From: Felis catus
Lineage: Eukaryota
Direction: 5' to 3'
Length of the DNA stretch: 64,000 nt
NCBI RefSeq assembly: GCF_018350175.1
Contig: NC_058368.1
Coordinates: 70,060,001-70,124,000 of the forward strand
The notes under the pieces were generated by a model. It was not told the DNA's origin and made no database searches. It was given only the letters and a program-made list of their open reading frames with translations. Of the stretch, positions 11,360 through 24,680 are shown piece after piece (positions within the stretch are counted from its first letter, which is position 1; every line of letters starts with the position of its first letter). A program made the position numbers and the translations under genes.

Positions 11360-12526
11360 TGGAGTGGTACTTTTAAATGATGTGTGTTAATCTGTATCCA
11401 TTTGGAATTTCAACAGTGGACTGAGAAGGGGCAGACAGTGACGGATGGTAACAAGACTTACGGTGCTGATCATTTCACCATATACACAAATATGGAATCA
11501 TTATATTGCACACCTGAAACAAATACAATGTTCTATGTCAATGATGAATCAATACTATAAAGAGAAGGGGCAAGAAAGTTCAGAATCGTGCTGTGGATTT
11601 TTTTTTTTTTTTAAACGGAGTGGGGCGGTGATGAGAAGCCCTTTCTCAAAGCCCACTCTGCCTTCAGGTAAATTTCACTGAGAAGATTAGGAATATTGGA
11701 CAAAGACAATTATAGTGGCTTGGAACTCAGTTTGCCACTAGACCGGGGTTGCTGGCAATCTGCAGCACAGAGTGGGACTTGGTCACGCCAGCTGTCCACG
11801 ATGACACGTCCACGCCTCGGCCCCGTGGAGGCAGCTGCTGCCCAAGGCTCTGCAGGCGGGAGAGGCGAGACTGGCACCAGGAACGGGCTGCTCACTTTTC
11901 TTTTAAAGGAAACAAACTCCAAGTCCGGGAGGCGCTGACAAGCTGGTAAATCTAGAGGCTCCTACACAGTGTTTATCCAGTGCCAACATTTCTAAGGTAG
12001 AGGCAAGCAAAAATCTGTGGGTCAAGAAGTACTAGGAGAGTCAGAAAACATAAAGAAGATACCGCGATGAAATCCACAGAAATGTCGGTGGCGGTCATCT
12101 GGAAGGGATGGGACAGGGGGACCACGGATATTTTAATTCTCATTTATGGTTTTCAATATTTTATGCATTTCTACTAGGAGTAGGGATTGCTCTCATACTT
12201 AGAAAAAAAAAAGTATAGATGCTATTTTTATAAAGAGAGAAGGAGATAAAAAAAAAAGTTGATTGGATTTGCCTAGAACATGAGATTGTGATTGGGAAGA
12301 GGCTACAAGGGATAAGTGAATCTGTCCTAAACTCAACAAGTCTCAAAAGCCTAAAATGTCTAGAAATGCAAGGAATTCGAGTTTACAACCTGGGTGCATT
12401 CTGTTCATGTTTGGAATCTGCACATTAAAATAAAACTATCATTTTAAATATGTATAATGTTTACTTTAAAAGAGTATAGTAAGTGAAACTGTAGTATCTT
12501 ATACTTTACAGTTTTCTTTTTCCTAT

Positions 12527-12719
12527 TTTTTTAATGTTTATTTACTTTTGAGATAGAGCGCACGTGAGCGGGGAAGGGGCAGAGGGAGAGGGAGACAGGA
12601 TCTGAAGCAGGCTCCACGCTGTCCGCACAGAGCTAGTGCGGGGCTCAAACTCGAGAACCATGGGATCATGACCTGAGCTGAAGTCGGAGGCTTAACTGGC
12701 TGAGCCACCCAAGCGCCCC
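12527..12719 (-). mobile_element. Can-SINE (felid type)
   Basis: Full SINE body; flanks tctttttcctatttt duplicated on both sides. Confidence 0.9.
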
Positions 12720-13494
12720 TCTTTTTCCTATTTTTGAAAGTGTTCCACTTTTCCTCTTGGCTGCCAGGATGCCCGGAGCTAAATTTTGGGCTTAGTCCAT
12801 ATGGCACAGTATAATATACAGCCATTTCCTCCCTCCATTTCTCAACTTCAATTATATTATGGTTGCTTAGATATCCTATTTTATGCCTTTATAACAAGCC
12901 CACTACAGTTCTGGGGAGCAGATGGGGGTATAATAGTAACGAATGGTCTTACTTGAGAGAAAACCTCTGTGATATCAAGAGGAATAGGAATTTTTCTCAC
13001 AGATAACGAGGCTGATTTGCAGAGATAGTGATGTGATTCCGTGATTGATCCGCTTGAGCTAGAACCTAACTTTTCAGACTCCTCAGTCCTTCTTTCACTG
13101 CTAAGCTAACTAGTGGGACTTGAGGACGGCTCCTTGTGACCACGTCAGAGATGGTGACAGGAAAGGCATACTGCCTTCCATTCCTGGTTACCCTCTATCT
13201 AGAAGGGTGGAAAGTAGGTGACCCGGCGACATGCCCACATTGCTGTTTGTCCACTCCTAGGAAGCATGTTGTTAAGAACCAGTCACACAAGACCGCCAAA
13301 GCCAATGGTGGCAATTAATATTTCCCAATCTTGCTTTCAGAGCAAAGGCTAGTTCCTCCAAAGGCGTGCTGCCCTCATTTCTGTCCTGGTTTGGTGACAT
13401 TTTGTTCAAACTGTTGTTTTACCGAGGGTCCTGAGTCTCTCTATGTGGCTGGGGAAGCCCCTGTTCTCTTCCCTCATTGCTGGGAATCTTGCTG

Positions 13495-14150
13495 GGTTAG
13501 TTTCCTCGGGCTTCCATAACAAGGCACCATGGACTGGAGGCTTACACAACAAATTTATTTCCTCACAGTTCTGGAGGTGGGAAGCCAGAGATCAAGGTGT
13601 CGGCAAGGTTGGTTTCTTTTGAGGCCTCGCTCCTTGGCTTGCAAACAGCCGTCTTCTTCCTGTGTCTCTCATTGTCTTCCCTTTGTGCCTGTCTATGTCC
13701 TAAACTCTTCTTCTTCTTCTTTTTTTAAATTAAAAACAATTTTTTAATTTTTATTTTACTTTTTTACATTTTTAATGTTTTATTTATTTTTAAGAGACAG
13801 AGAAACAGAGTACGAGCAGGGGAAGGGCAGAGAGAGAAGGAGACACAGACTCCGAAGTGGGCTCCAGGCTCTGAGTTGTCAGCACAGAGCCTGATGTGGA
13901 GCTCGAACCCACGAACTGTGAGATCATGACCTGAGCCAAGGTCGGATGCTTAATGGAGTGAGCCACCCAGCCTCTCCCTAACCTCTTCTTATAAAGATGC
14001 CCATAACATTGGATTAGGGCCCACCCTGAAGGCCTTATTTTGATTTAATCACCTCTTTAAAGACCCCATCTCCAAATAAAGTCACATTCTGAAGTACTGG
14101 AGGTTAGGACTTCAACATATGAATTTGGGGAATGGGCACGATTTAGCTCA
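13495..14150 (-). mobile_element. MLT1 (MaLR) LTR interrupted by a Can-SINE at ~13740-13972
   Basis: atttatttcctcacagttctggagg...gatcaaggtgtcggca...ggattagggcccaccct...tctccaaataaagtcacattctga...ttaggacttcaacatatgaattt. Confidence 0.8.
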
Positions 14151-14735
14151 CATGCTCACCCTCCGCCTCCTGGTTTGGGTAATGGCTTTTGCAGAGGGTG
14201 GCCCTAGGCATCAGGCTGGCCAGGGAATGCCCACCCTTCTTGAACCAGTAGCTGACCATGCTCCCTGGTTAGACACATCTTGACTAGCATCCCAGCTCCA
14301 CCGCTTGCCATGTGACCTTTGGCAATTTCCTCCATTTCTCTGATGATTGGTTTCATCAGATGAAACCACCTCCTTCTTTATAGCAAGGTGCTGTGAAGAT
14401 TAAGAATAACAAGGTCTGGAAAGTGCTGCCTCCTGGGAGGAGCTGGATGAGAAGAGGCTATGGCTGATGACTGAGCAAATCGCCAGCTCACACAACGAGA
14501 CACAAGGCCTGTTCTACCCCTGAGCTGATGGGTCAGTCACACGGAGAACAGAGTCTGACCATGACAGTCTCCGGGCCTCCTCCCTGAGAGATACATCCTC
14601 CTCCGTTGGGCATCTTTCAGAGCTCAGCTCAATGTCTTAGGTCCAAAGAGAGAAAGTTCTTTCTCAACTTCTCTTGCACCTGGTGACTTCAACACCCTAA
14701 TGGTGGGTTTAGGTCTTGGATGCTGCTGCTCCAAG

Positions 14736-14972
14736 TTTTTTTTTTTTTTTTTTTTTTAATTTTTTTTTTCAACGTTTATTTATTTTTGGGACAGAGAGAG
14801 ACAGAGCATGAACGGGGGAGGGGCAGAGAGAGAGGGAGACACAGAATCGGAAACAGGCTCCAGGCTCTGAGCCATCAGCCCAGAGCCCGACGCGGGGCTC
14901 GAACTCACGGACCGCGAGATCATGACCTGGCTGAAGTCGGATGCTTAACCGACTGCGCCACCCAGGCGCCCC
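14736..14972 (-). mobile_element. Young SINEC_Fc-type SINE
   Basis: CpG-intact body, long pure T tail, flank caagtttt repeated at both ends. Confidence 0.95.
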
Positions 14973-15077
14973 TTCAAGTTTTAAAGTTTAGCAATTAAGC
15001 CTCTTTTGTGTTTTGTTCTTTTGTTTGTTTTGTGTTGTTTTTTGTTTTTTGGCCATGGTTCCCTTTACAAATCGTAG

Positions 15078-15640
15078 GTGTGATGGATGATTTTATGTGT
15101 TAACTTGCCTGGGCCACGGGGTGCCCAAANNNNNNNNNNNNNNNNNNNNNNNNNNNNNNNNNNNNNNNNNNNNNNNNNNNNNNNNNNNNNNNNNNNNNNN
15201 NNNNNNNNNNNNNNNNNNNNNNNNNNNNNNNNNNNNNNNNNNNNNNNNNNNNNNNNNNNNNNNNNNNNNNNNNNNNNNNGGACCCACCTCTGAATAAGAG
15301 AGAATTTTTCCTGCCTGACAGCCTTTTCAACTGGGACATCAACTTTTCCCTGATTTTGGACTCAAAATGAAACACTGGTTATTTCTGGATCTCAAGCCTA
15401 CTGACATTTAGAGAAGAACTACACCATAAGCTCTCTAGGGTCTCTTGCTTGCCAACCCACCTTGCAGATCTTGGGACTTGCCAGCTTCCATAATTGTGTG
15501 AGCCAGCTCCTTAAAATAAATCTTTATGTATATATATCTTTATACATCTATGTATATCTATATGTATGTATATCTTTATGTCTATGTATGTATAAACATA
15601 TACATACGTACATCACACGTACACCCTAGTGGCTCTGTTT
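15078..15640 (+). mobile_element. MLT2 (ERVL) LTR with internal N gap
   Basis: Starts tgtgatggatgattttatgtgttaacttgcctgggccacggggtgccca; ends gatcttgggacttgccagcttccataattgtgtgagcca...aataaatct. Confidence 0.8.
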
Positions 15641-16439
15641 CTAGTTCCCAGTGATTGCCATCAGCATACCTGTAGGTGCCACCACCCCATCCTAACCAGT
15701 GGGTCCACATTCCAGCAAATTCTAGTTAACACTGACTTCAAGGAACTACTGTAACCATTGTTCTTACTTCCTCCAAACAAGAGGAAGGTGTTTCTCCTTA
15801 GCCTTGATGGTCTGCCTCTAATACGTATACATCACCTGCATCCGAGGCAGGGGTGGTGTGGCCTCACCCCTGACCTGATGGCTTTACCCCTGGTGGTGTG
15901 GCTGAGCCCCTGCAGAGGGAGGTACAGAGGGTGAAAAATGAATTTGCTCCAGTCACATGCAGACAAGGAAGAGCAAGCTCCACACTTTGTTGCCCGTCGT
16001 GCTGCCCAACGTCTGTGCCGTATGACAAGCCCCAGGCCCTTGCTGGGCATCACACCCGCCTGTGGCAAGTTGCCTCATATGCCAAGAGCATGGGCTTGGT
16101 CTCCTGGGAGGGGTTCCCCCTCTTCGGTCACTGTGTGTCCTGCCCTACCGCAGATGGCTGCCCAGTGGAGGGGGTAACCGCTGCACCTGTGCTCCCGGCT
16201 CACGTCTCCGCAACCCTGTCTGGGCCACTCCTCCACACGGAACAGAGAGACAGCAGGACAGAGGGCAGATCTTATGTGGTCTAAAGGGACAGTCGCCAGA
16301 GTGGGCTCTGTGGGACAGTGTCCTGGGAGTGCCTCAATCAGTTAATTTGGGGAAACACTCAGTAGAGACCTATCTTGGAAGCAAAAGTCTATTAAAAAAA
16401 AAAAGGCTCGGAGAAGTGCTGTAATAGGAATCTGCTTAA

Positions 16440-16658
16440 CTTTTTAAAAAAAAATTATTTATTTTTTATTTTAGAAGGAAAGCAAGGGGGGGAGGGGCAG
16501 AGAGAGAGAGAGTGAGAGCGAGAGCAAGAGAGAATTTTAAGCAGAATCCACCCACAGCATGGAACTTGACTGGAGGCTTGATCCCAAGACTCTGGGATCA
16601 TGACCTGAAGTGAATTCAAGAGTCAGACGCTTAACCGACTGAGCTACCCAGCTGCCCC
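16440..16658 (-). mobile_element. Can-SINE (older subfamily)
   Basis: gggatcatgacctgaagtgaattcaagagtcagacgcttaaccgactgagctacccagctgcccc. Confidence 0.85.
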
Positions 16659-17399
16659 GAATCTGCTAATATTTTAAAAAGCGACATTTACCGAGGGCTT
16701 ACCAAGAGCCAGTCAGTAATAAGTGCCTCACTCATGCAATCCTCAAGACCACTCAACATGTTGGGAACTATTACCAGCCCCATTTTACAGATGAGGAAAA
16801 TGAGGCAAAGGAAAGTTTGCCCAAGGCCAAAGCGCTATTAAGTATGGACTGAATTAAGACACAACTCACCTCTAGTGGCTTCATTTCCTTGTCTTTTCCT
16901 ATTTGCTCGAGTCCCAAAACTACCATCAAGCTACACCAGGCTGTAAGTCCAAAGCAAATTGTAATTGGAACATTCGTCAGAAAACTTTGAAATTCCACCA
17001 CCAGCCCAAGAAAGAGGCTATGTTTTAAAGGAGCAAAATAATGAGACTGCCCTTGACCTCACGTCGTTTGTTGGAGAGCAATTTGGTGATGCCGGCTGAA
17101 TTTAAGATGCACGTTCCCTTTTGACCCAGTGATTCCTTCCTAAGATTTTCAGAGACAGGGACACGTGCAAAAATGAAATCACGGAGATGTCTTCTCTCTC
17201 TAGAAACTGTGACACCTTTCCCTTTATCTCTCAGTACATGGCCCTGGGAAACGGAAGCAGCCACAAAAGGGCACACACGCTCAACTCACCTCCCCCCCCC
17301 AACCAGCCCGTACCCCCCCACCCAGTCCTGCTGTCCTGCAGCCAGCCTCGCCCCCTCCCTCCCCACACCTGGAGCTCTTCCCTCTTATCCGAGGGCACC

Positions 17400-18899
17400 C
17401 CTCTTTGTCATCTCTCCCCTCTCTCTACTGGACTATTTTCACAGCACACAAACACGTTGTGATTGTGCCATCAAACACCCCCCAAACCCTCCCTTGGCTC
17501 CACATCTGGTTTTTCTAGCTATCATCCAATTTCTCTGCTTCCCCTTATGCTAAACACGCAGTAACTGCCCATACTCACACTCTCCCATTTGTCTCCTTTA
17601 CCCTCTCCCCAATCTACTCCAATCAGGTGGCCTGTCCCCCTCCATCAAGGTACAATCACTTCCACTTTGCCAAATCCAATGGCCAATTCTCGGGCCTCAC
17701 TTTATTCTCACTGGACTCTGCCAATTGCACCCTCCTTCTTGGCATACTTCGTTCACTTAGCTGTTGGGATTCCGCTCTCTTGGTCCTCCTGTGACCCTGG
17801 CTGCTCCTTCATGGCCTTCCTTATCCGTTCATCCTCATTTCTGGGACCTCTCACCACTGGAGGGCCCCACGACTCAGTCCTTGGGCTTATTCTCCATCCA
17901 CACTCACCCAGTGAGATGGTCTTATCTAGCCTCCATGGTGCTGGCTACCATCTAGACAGTAGCTCTCCTGAGCCAGGACTCTCCCCTGGATTCAAATGCT
18001 ATAGCCAACTGTGCTTCTGGTAGCATCACTTATAAAAACCTCTCAAACTTAACATGTCCAAAACAGAAGCCCTCCCACTGTGTCTTCCGTCTTCCTCACT
18101 CGGCCACTCCAGTCACCCAAGGGTTGAGGCTTAACACTCTGGAGTCCCCCTTGGCACCTCTCTTTCTCTCTTGACCCTGATTCGGTCTTCCGGCAAGTGC
18201 CATCAGCTCCCCATCCCCTCTATCTTCAGAACACCCTTGCTTCTCCTTTCCTGCTCTGCTCCCACCCAGTCATCCCCTCGTGAGGCCTCCCTAGGTCAAG
18301 GGCCCAGCCCACAAGGATCTGCCTGCTTTCAACAATCTCTTCTTCTTCACAGAGCAGCCAAACTGATCTGCAGAAAACAGAAGTCTGGTCATGTCAAGTC
18401 TGTGTCCAAAGCCTCCCAACTGCTTCTTATTTTAGCATCAGATGCAGCCAGTGCTCCTGAGGCCAACAGGGTCCCGCAGGACCCAGCTCTTGTCTCTCGC
18501 CTCATCTTGTCATCCTGGCTCACCCTGCCGCAGTCCCAGGGCTTCTGTGCTGCTCTAGGACCAGGCCACACACACTCCTGTTCCTCCTGTCCCAGACGCC
18601 CTGCCCCTCCGTGCTCTCCAGGCTTGCCTGTCGCTCGGGTATCTCAGATATTCCTCGGTCAGAGAGGCCTTTCCTGAATAGTCACCCCTGGGCCCGGCAC
18701 AGCTATCTCCCTGTACCTTGCTTTATGTCATGCCCATGGCCCCATAAGGCACAGTAAATGTCTGTCTGGCCGTCGTGTCTCCTTTCTCTAGAACACAGGC
18801 TCCACAAGGTGGAGCTTTATTTTGATCATGGCTGAATCCCCAGAGCTTAAAAGAGTGCTGGGCCCAGGAGGCACCCAGCATATACATGCTGAGTAAATG
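17400..18899 (+). mobile_element. L2 LINE remnant
   Basis: Pyrimidine-rich with L2 hallmarks (ttgccaaatccaatggcca, ctcaaacttaacatgtccaaaacagaa, gagaggcctttcctga, tgctgagtaaatga). Confidence 0.7.
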
Positions 18900-18913
18900 A
18901 TTTGTTTCCTTTT

Positions 18914-19136
18914 TTTTTTTTAATTTTTTTTTTCAATGTTTATTTATTTTTCGGACAGAGAGAGACAGAGCATGAACGGGCGAGGGGCAGAGAGAGAGGG
19001 AGACACAGAATCGGAAACAGGCTCCAGGCTCTGAGCCATCAGCCCAGAGCCCGACGCGGGGCTTGAACTCACGGACCGCGAGATCGTGACCTGGCTGAAG
19101 TCGGACGCTTAACCGACTGCGCCACCCAGGCGCCCC
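18914..19136 (-). mobile_element. Young SINEC_Fc-type SINE
   Basis: TSD atttgtttcctttt at 18900-18913 and 19138-19151; CpG-intact body nearly identical to the 14736-14972 copy. Confidence 0.95.
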
Positions 19137-19884
19137 TATTTGTTTCCTTTTTATGTGGCTTATGAACCCAAAAGTTTCACAGAAGCAGACTGATCAAAAA
19201 GAATTGTGGACCTGCCCACCGGAACATCATGTAGGCGGTACAGGGTTTGTCTTCCTAGGATTTGGATTTAGGTGGATGGCTTCGGAGGCTTTCCAAGATA
19301 TGGGAGATGAAAACAGGCTAACAGACAACATGAATGAGAAGGTCTCATTAATGTAAAACTCCACCTGACCATCTACGTGGCCACGTGCAGATAAATACCC
19401 GGGGAGAAGGTTGCTTTTCTTGGGTGAGCTGCTGCTGTTTTACTTGTCTTTTATATACGTGCTGTTTGGATTTTCTACGAGGTGCAGCTCTTGTCCTTGT
19501 AAACAGGGATACAATGACAGAGTGCTCTGGAGTCCAGCTGGAGGTCCAAGGGGAGGTCTGCAAGGGGGAGGGCGAAGGGGATGGTTCCTGCCCAGATGAG
19601 GTGGTTATGTCCAAACCACGGGGGAAGGCACTGAGTTCTGCTGTTCAGACCTGTGCTGCAGCTTTCTAGAACAGACATCATCTGTCTGCTGGGGTGACAT
19701 CCCAGGACAGAGGCCGTCTGGCCGGCTGAGAAATGGCAGTCCATTCACATGCAAGAGCTCCCCCCAGAGCAAACCGGGACACAGGGGAGAAAAGGTGGCT
19801 TTAGGGAACTTGACCGTCTCTGGAGGTGGGACTCATGTCATTCGCTGGTTTGTTTTGAGCGAGCGCTAGTTAAAACGATACCAG

Positions 19885-20250
19885 GTGGATTCGTTTCCCG
19901 TTGCTGCTGTAATAAGTCACCACGAACTTAGAGACTTAGAACAACACAGATTTATTATCTCACACTTCTGGAGGTCTGAAGTCCGGAATCAGTTTCACTG
20001 GGCCAACATTATGGCGTTGGCAGGTTTCCTGCCAGAGTCTCTAGAACTGAATTCTTTTCCTCGTCTTTTCCAGCTTCTAGAGGCTGTCTGCATTCCTTGC
20101 GCTGTGGCCCTTTCCCTATCTCGCAGGTGCGTTAAGCTAGCATCTACCGCTATCCCCCCATCACCGTCTCCTCTCTCATTCCCACTGCGTGCCTCTTATA
20201 GGGACTGCTGACTACACTGGCCCATCGGGCAATCTAGGGCAGTGTCCCTC
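19885..20250 (-). mobile_element. MLT1 (MaLR) LTR
   Basis: ttgctgctgtaataagtcaccac...acaacacagatttattatctcacacttctggaggtctgaagtcc...ttttccagcttctagaggctg. Confidence 0.75.
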
Positions 20251-20969
20251 AGAGACTGTTATTCAGATGACCACACCGGGTGACAGAGAGCCTGTGGTTT
20301 CCTGTGGACAATGAACAACACACAGTATTAAAGTACCAAAGGTCTAGCCTTCGATCCCATCAGTTGCTAAAGAGGGATGGGAAGTGATGGGTACTTTGGG
20401 CTGGGGGGCTGTGTGGGTGACCACAGGACTCCAGGGCAGGTTCTCGGACACTGTCCCAAGGCCAGTGTCACCCAGACACCTGCTAGGTCAGATCGCATCG
20501 ACACAGCTGCAAACTACATGAGTGCCGAGGGAATGACAAACGTGCCCTCCAAACTCTGCGGCTCCAGACTTGTCACACAGGGTTAAGTCAGACAGGAGAA
20601 TGGGGACACGCGTGCGGGCCCTGTGCGCATGGGAAGAGCTACGACGGAATTGGGAGAAGGTCACTTCATTACTTTCCTCCCAGTGTGAGACCAGCTTTCT
20701 CAGAGCAGGATTGAGCTTCACTGCCACATGTGATGGGCGTTCGTGTCCGTGGCTCTAAGTGGAGCCCGGTCACTTTGACACCCATTCTGCTGCTGTCCAG
20801 CTGTGGTCCTGGCTCAGACAACCCCACTAAAGGCAACAACACAGGCTGTGGCAGCAATGGGGGCGCTTGGCCGACAGGAGACAGGACAGGGCAGGCAGCG
20901 AGCAGCTTCGGTGCCCCTCACTCTGCATAGCCTTCCCATCTTGCCTATTTATTTATCCATTTATCTTTA

Positions 20970-21199
20970 ATTTTTTTTTAATGTTTATTTATTTTTGAGA
21001 GAGAGAGAGAGGGAGAGAGAGAGAGAGAGGGAGAGAGAGAGGCAGGGGCAGAGAGAGAGGGAGACACAGAATCCGAAGCAGGCTCCAGGCTCCGAGCTGT
21101 CAGCACAGAGCTTGACGCGCTTGAACCCACAAACTGCAAGATCATGCATGACCTGAGCCGAAGTCAGACGCTTAACCAACTGAGCCACCCAGGCGCCCC
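20970..21199 (-). mobile_element. Can-SINE (felid type)
   Basis: Full body with (GA)n and ccacccaggcgcccc end. Confidence 0.9.
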
Positions 21200-21214
21200 A
21201 TCCTGCCCCTTTAA

Positions 21215-23280
21215 TCAACCACTAATCTGGTGGCTCTCCGTTTCTATAGTTTTGTCATTTCAAGAACATTACATAAATGGAATCCTACCATAAGTAACCT
21301 TTAGAGCTGGCTGTTTGCACTCAGCAGAATTCTCGAGATGCACAGCACCCCGGTCTGGGTTACCGCTGAGGAGCACCCCCTGGCCCAGATGCGTGGAGGC
21401 ACCACCACCCAGTTACCCATTTGCCCGCTGAAGAGCGTCCAGGTTGTTTCCGGTCTGGGGCTGTTACATACAAAAGCTGATACAAACATTTGTACATGTG
21501 TTTTTGTGTAAATGGAAGGTTTCATTTCTCTGGGATGAACACCTAAGAGTGCCATTTCTGGGTCAAATGGTAGTTACATATGTGGCTTTTTAAGAAACTG
21601 CCACGCTTGGGGCGCCTGAGTCGGTTAAGCATCCGACCTCGGCTCAGGTCATGATCTCACGGTTCGTGAGTTCCAGCCCCGAGTCGGGTTCTGGGCTGAC
21701 AGCTTGGAGCCTGGAGCCTGCTTTGGATTCTGTGTCTCCCTCTGTCTGCCCCTCCGCTGCTTGCGCTCTGTCTCTTGCATTGTCTCAAATATACATACAC
21801 ATTAAAAAACAAAAACAAAAAACTGCCACGCTGTTTTCGCAGAATGGCTGTGCCATTTTACATTCCCAGCAGCAATTTACGAGTGATCTAGTTCGTCCTC
21901 ATTCTCACTGGCGCTTGGCGTTGTCACTGTGTTTGAGTTTAGTCATTCTGATAGGTGGCAGTGAATTCTCATGGGGGCTCTGATTTGCGTTCCCCTAACG
22001 GCTAATATAACGTTGAGCATCTTTTCATGGGCTTATTTGCCACCTGCATATCCCCTACCGGGAAATGTTTCAAGTCTCCTGGCCATGTTCTCGTTGGATT
22101 GTTGCTGCTTTTTTGTTTTTTTGTTTTTTTTTTTACTTTTGAGTCTTGAGTGTTTACGTGCTCTAGATTAAGTCCTTTGTCAGCTCTATTAGTTTGCAAA
22201 TATTTTCTCCCAGTCTGTATTTCCATCCTCTTAACAGAATTCTCTCAGAGCAAAAGTTTTTACTTTTGGTGAGCTTCAGTCTATCGCTTTGTCCTTTTAC
22301 GGATCATGCTTTTGCTGTCAAGTCTAGGGTCCCCAGTGGTGTCCACAGGCACCCCAGGACTGGGACTGTCCCTAGGCCAGTCTGGAAGAAAGTCCTGGCT
22401 CCTTTCAGACCTTCTCTGACACCACCCAGCAGGGGTGTTGAGCCTTGGGAGGGTGGGAGCCTTGCTGCCCATTCAGCCACTGCTGGTTGGGTTTCTACGG
22501 TGTTGGTTGGAGGAGAGCCAGCGTCACCCAAAAGATCTGTCTTGGTAGGCTGCTCTTTTCCTCTTCCTTTGGCTAGACAGAGCAGGCACGTAAGTTACCA
22601 TCTCAACCGTTTTAATTCATACAGTTCTGTGGCATTAAGTACATTCACAGTGTTCTGTGCAGCCTTCACCACCCTCCATCACAATGTCTTCATCTTAGTC
22701 AACTGAAACTCAGTGCCAGTTCAACACTACTCCCCACTTCCCCTCCACCCANNNNNNNNNNNNNNNNNNNNNNNNNNNNNNNNNNNNNNNNNNNNNNNNN
22801 NNNNNNNNNNNNNNNNNNNNNNNNNNNNNNNNNNNNNNNNNNNNNNNNNNNNNNNNNNNNNNNNNNNNNNNNNNNNNNNNNNNNNNNNNNNNNNNNNNNN
22901 NNNNNNNNNNNNNNNNNNNNNNNNNNNNNNNNNNNNNNNNNNNNNNNNNNNNNNNNNNNNNNNNNNNNNNNNNNNNNNNNNNNNNNNNNNNNNNNNNNNN
23001 NNNNNNNNNTTCTGGCTGCTGTGAACAGTGCTGCTATGGACACGGATGTACAAAATCTGCTCAAGTCCCTCCTTTCAGTTCTTTTGGGCATATGTCAGAA
23101 AGTGGAATTGCTGGATCATCTGGTAATTCTAGGTTTAATTTGTGAGGAACCACCATACTGTTTCCACAGCAGCCACACAGTTTCACATTCCAACCAGCAA
23201 AGCAAAGCATCCCGATTTCTTTCCATCTTCACCTTTTTTTTTGGTTTAAATAATAGCCACCATAATGGGTGCAAAGTGTT
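21215..23280 (-). mobile_element. Nested old L1 (L1MB-like) fragments
   Basis: L1 3' text (aaatggaatcctac...; gaatggctgtgccattttacattcccagcagcaa; gtgaacagtgctgctatgga). Interrupted by a SINE and an N gap. Confidence 0.7.
21609..21820 (+). mobile_element. Can-SINE inserted in L1
   Basis: TSD aaactgccacgct on both sides. Confidence 0.9.
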
Positions 23281-24459
23281 GTTGGTCTTTTTTTGTCTGT
23301 GCCCGTAGGAGTTTCCATGTTGCTATTTTCTTTGGCTCCAAGTATGAGATATAGGAGGAAAAATAAAAATGGAAAACTTAACACTGTATCATTCTTTGGC
23401 TCCCAAGGTCCCTAGCCGATCTGCTTTCTTCACTCTACNNNNNNNNNNNNNNNNNNNNNNNNNNNNNNNNNNNNNNNNNNNNNNNNNNNNNNNNNNNNNN
23501 NNNNNNNNNNNNNNNNNNNNNNNNNNNNNNNNNNNNNNNNNNNNNNNNNNNNNNNNNNNNNNNNNNNNNNNNNNNNNNNNNNNNNNNNNNNNNNNNNNNN
23601 NNNNNNNNNNNNNNNNNNNNNNNNNNNNNNNNNNNAGCGTTTTTAGTTGTATTCAGAGGAAGGGATAGGAAAAGTCTATGTACTTTATATAGTAGATATG
23701 CCATATCAAGAGAACCCAGAATCAAAGAATACACAGGTCTTCTCTTTTTTCTTAAAATTTACTAAAGAAACCAGACTGTGTGTCTTAAAAACTTTCCACA
23801 GAATTAGATTTTGTTGACTGCATTTCCTGTGGTATCATTTAACATGTTCCTCTGTGCCCTCTATTTCCTGGAGAGTTGGTAGAGACATGATCAGATTCAG
23901 GTTAGAGTTTCTGGCAAGAATCCATCATAGGTGGGATGTGCACTTTTTGTCTTTGTGTCCTTCTTTGGTGATATTAACTCCTTCAGTAGTTACCCGTTTT
24001 CTTTTCTTAAATCTTTCTAGTAGCATCATGAACTCCTAAGTTTAACTTTATATTTCCAATCCATTTCTATTATTATTCTTGCTGATGTTCTCTCCATGCC
24101 TGGCTACTAGCTAGAAGGAGCTTCTTTAAACTCTTTTGACAGGGCCTCAGGTGTTTTTTTGCCAGCACCCTGGTTGTCTGGTATGAAAAGATGTTCCAGA
24201 TTCATCTTGGACTATTTCTGCCCTAAATCTGGAATCAGCAATTCTTTGGGGAGCCCTGGATCCTTCTAGTAGAAAAGGTATTTGGAGAGCACAATTTGGG
24301 CACTGAGGGGTGCTCAGTAGCTATTGGCTTTGTCATTGTTTTTAGGCATCTTCTGTGAAACAAGTTAGGAAATAAGTGTTTAATAAATGTGCATTTAAGA
24401 TAAATATATCATGAATTCAAGTTGGTATTTCCACATCAAATTCAGAATGAAAGAGTTTT

Positions 24460-24680
24460 TAATTTTTATTTTTTAATTTTTAAATTTAATTATTATTATT
24501 TTTAGAGAGAAAGCATGTGAGTGAGAGAGAGGGGCAGAAGGAGAGAGAGGGACAGAATCGTCAGCAGGCTTTATGCTCAGCATGGAACCCGATGCAGGGC
24601 TCAATCCCACGAGCCTAGGATCATGACCTGAACCGAAATCAAGAGTCAGATGCTCAAATGACTAAGCCACCCAGGTGCCT
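24460..24680 (-). mobile_element. Can-SINE
   Basis: gatcatgacctgaaccgaaatcaagagtcagatgctcaa...ccacccaggtgcc. Confidence 0.85.

Noticed and set aside
17589-18677. ORFs of 144 and 168 aa
   Set aside because: They lie in a pyrimidine-rich L2 remnant that is naturally poor in stop codons.
20600-20880. CpG-richer patch with partial NRF1-like and CTCF-like motifs
   Set aside because: The motifs are imperfect and the CpG density is too low to call an island or promoter from sequence alone.
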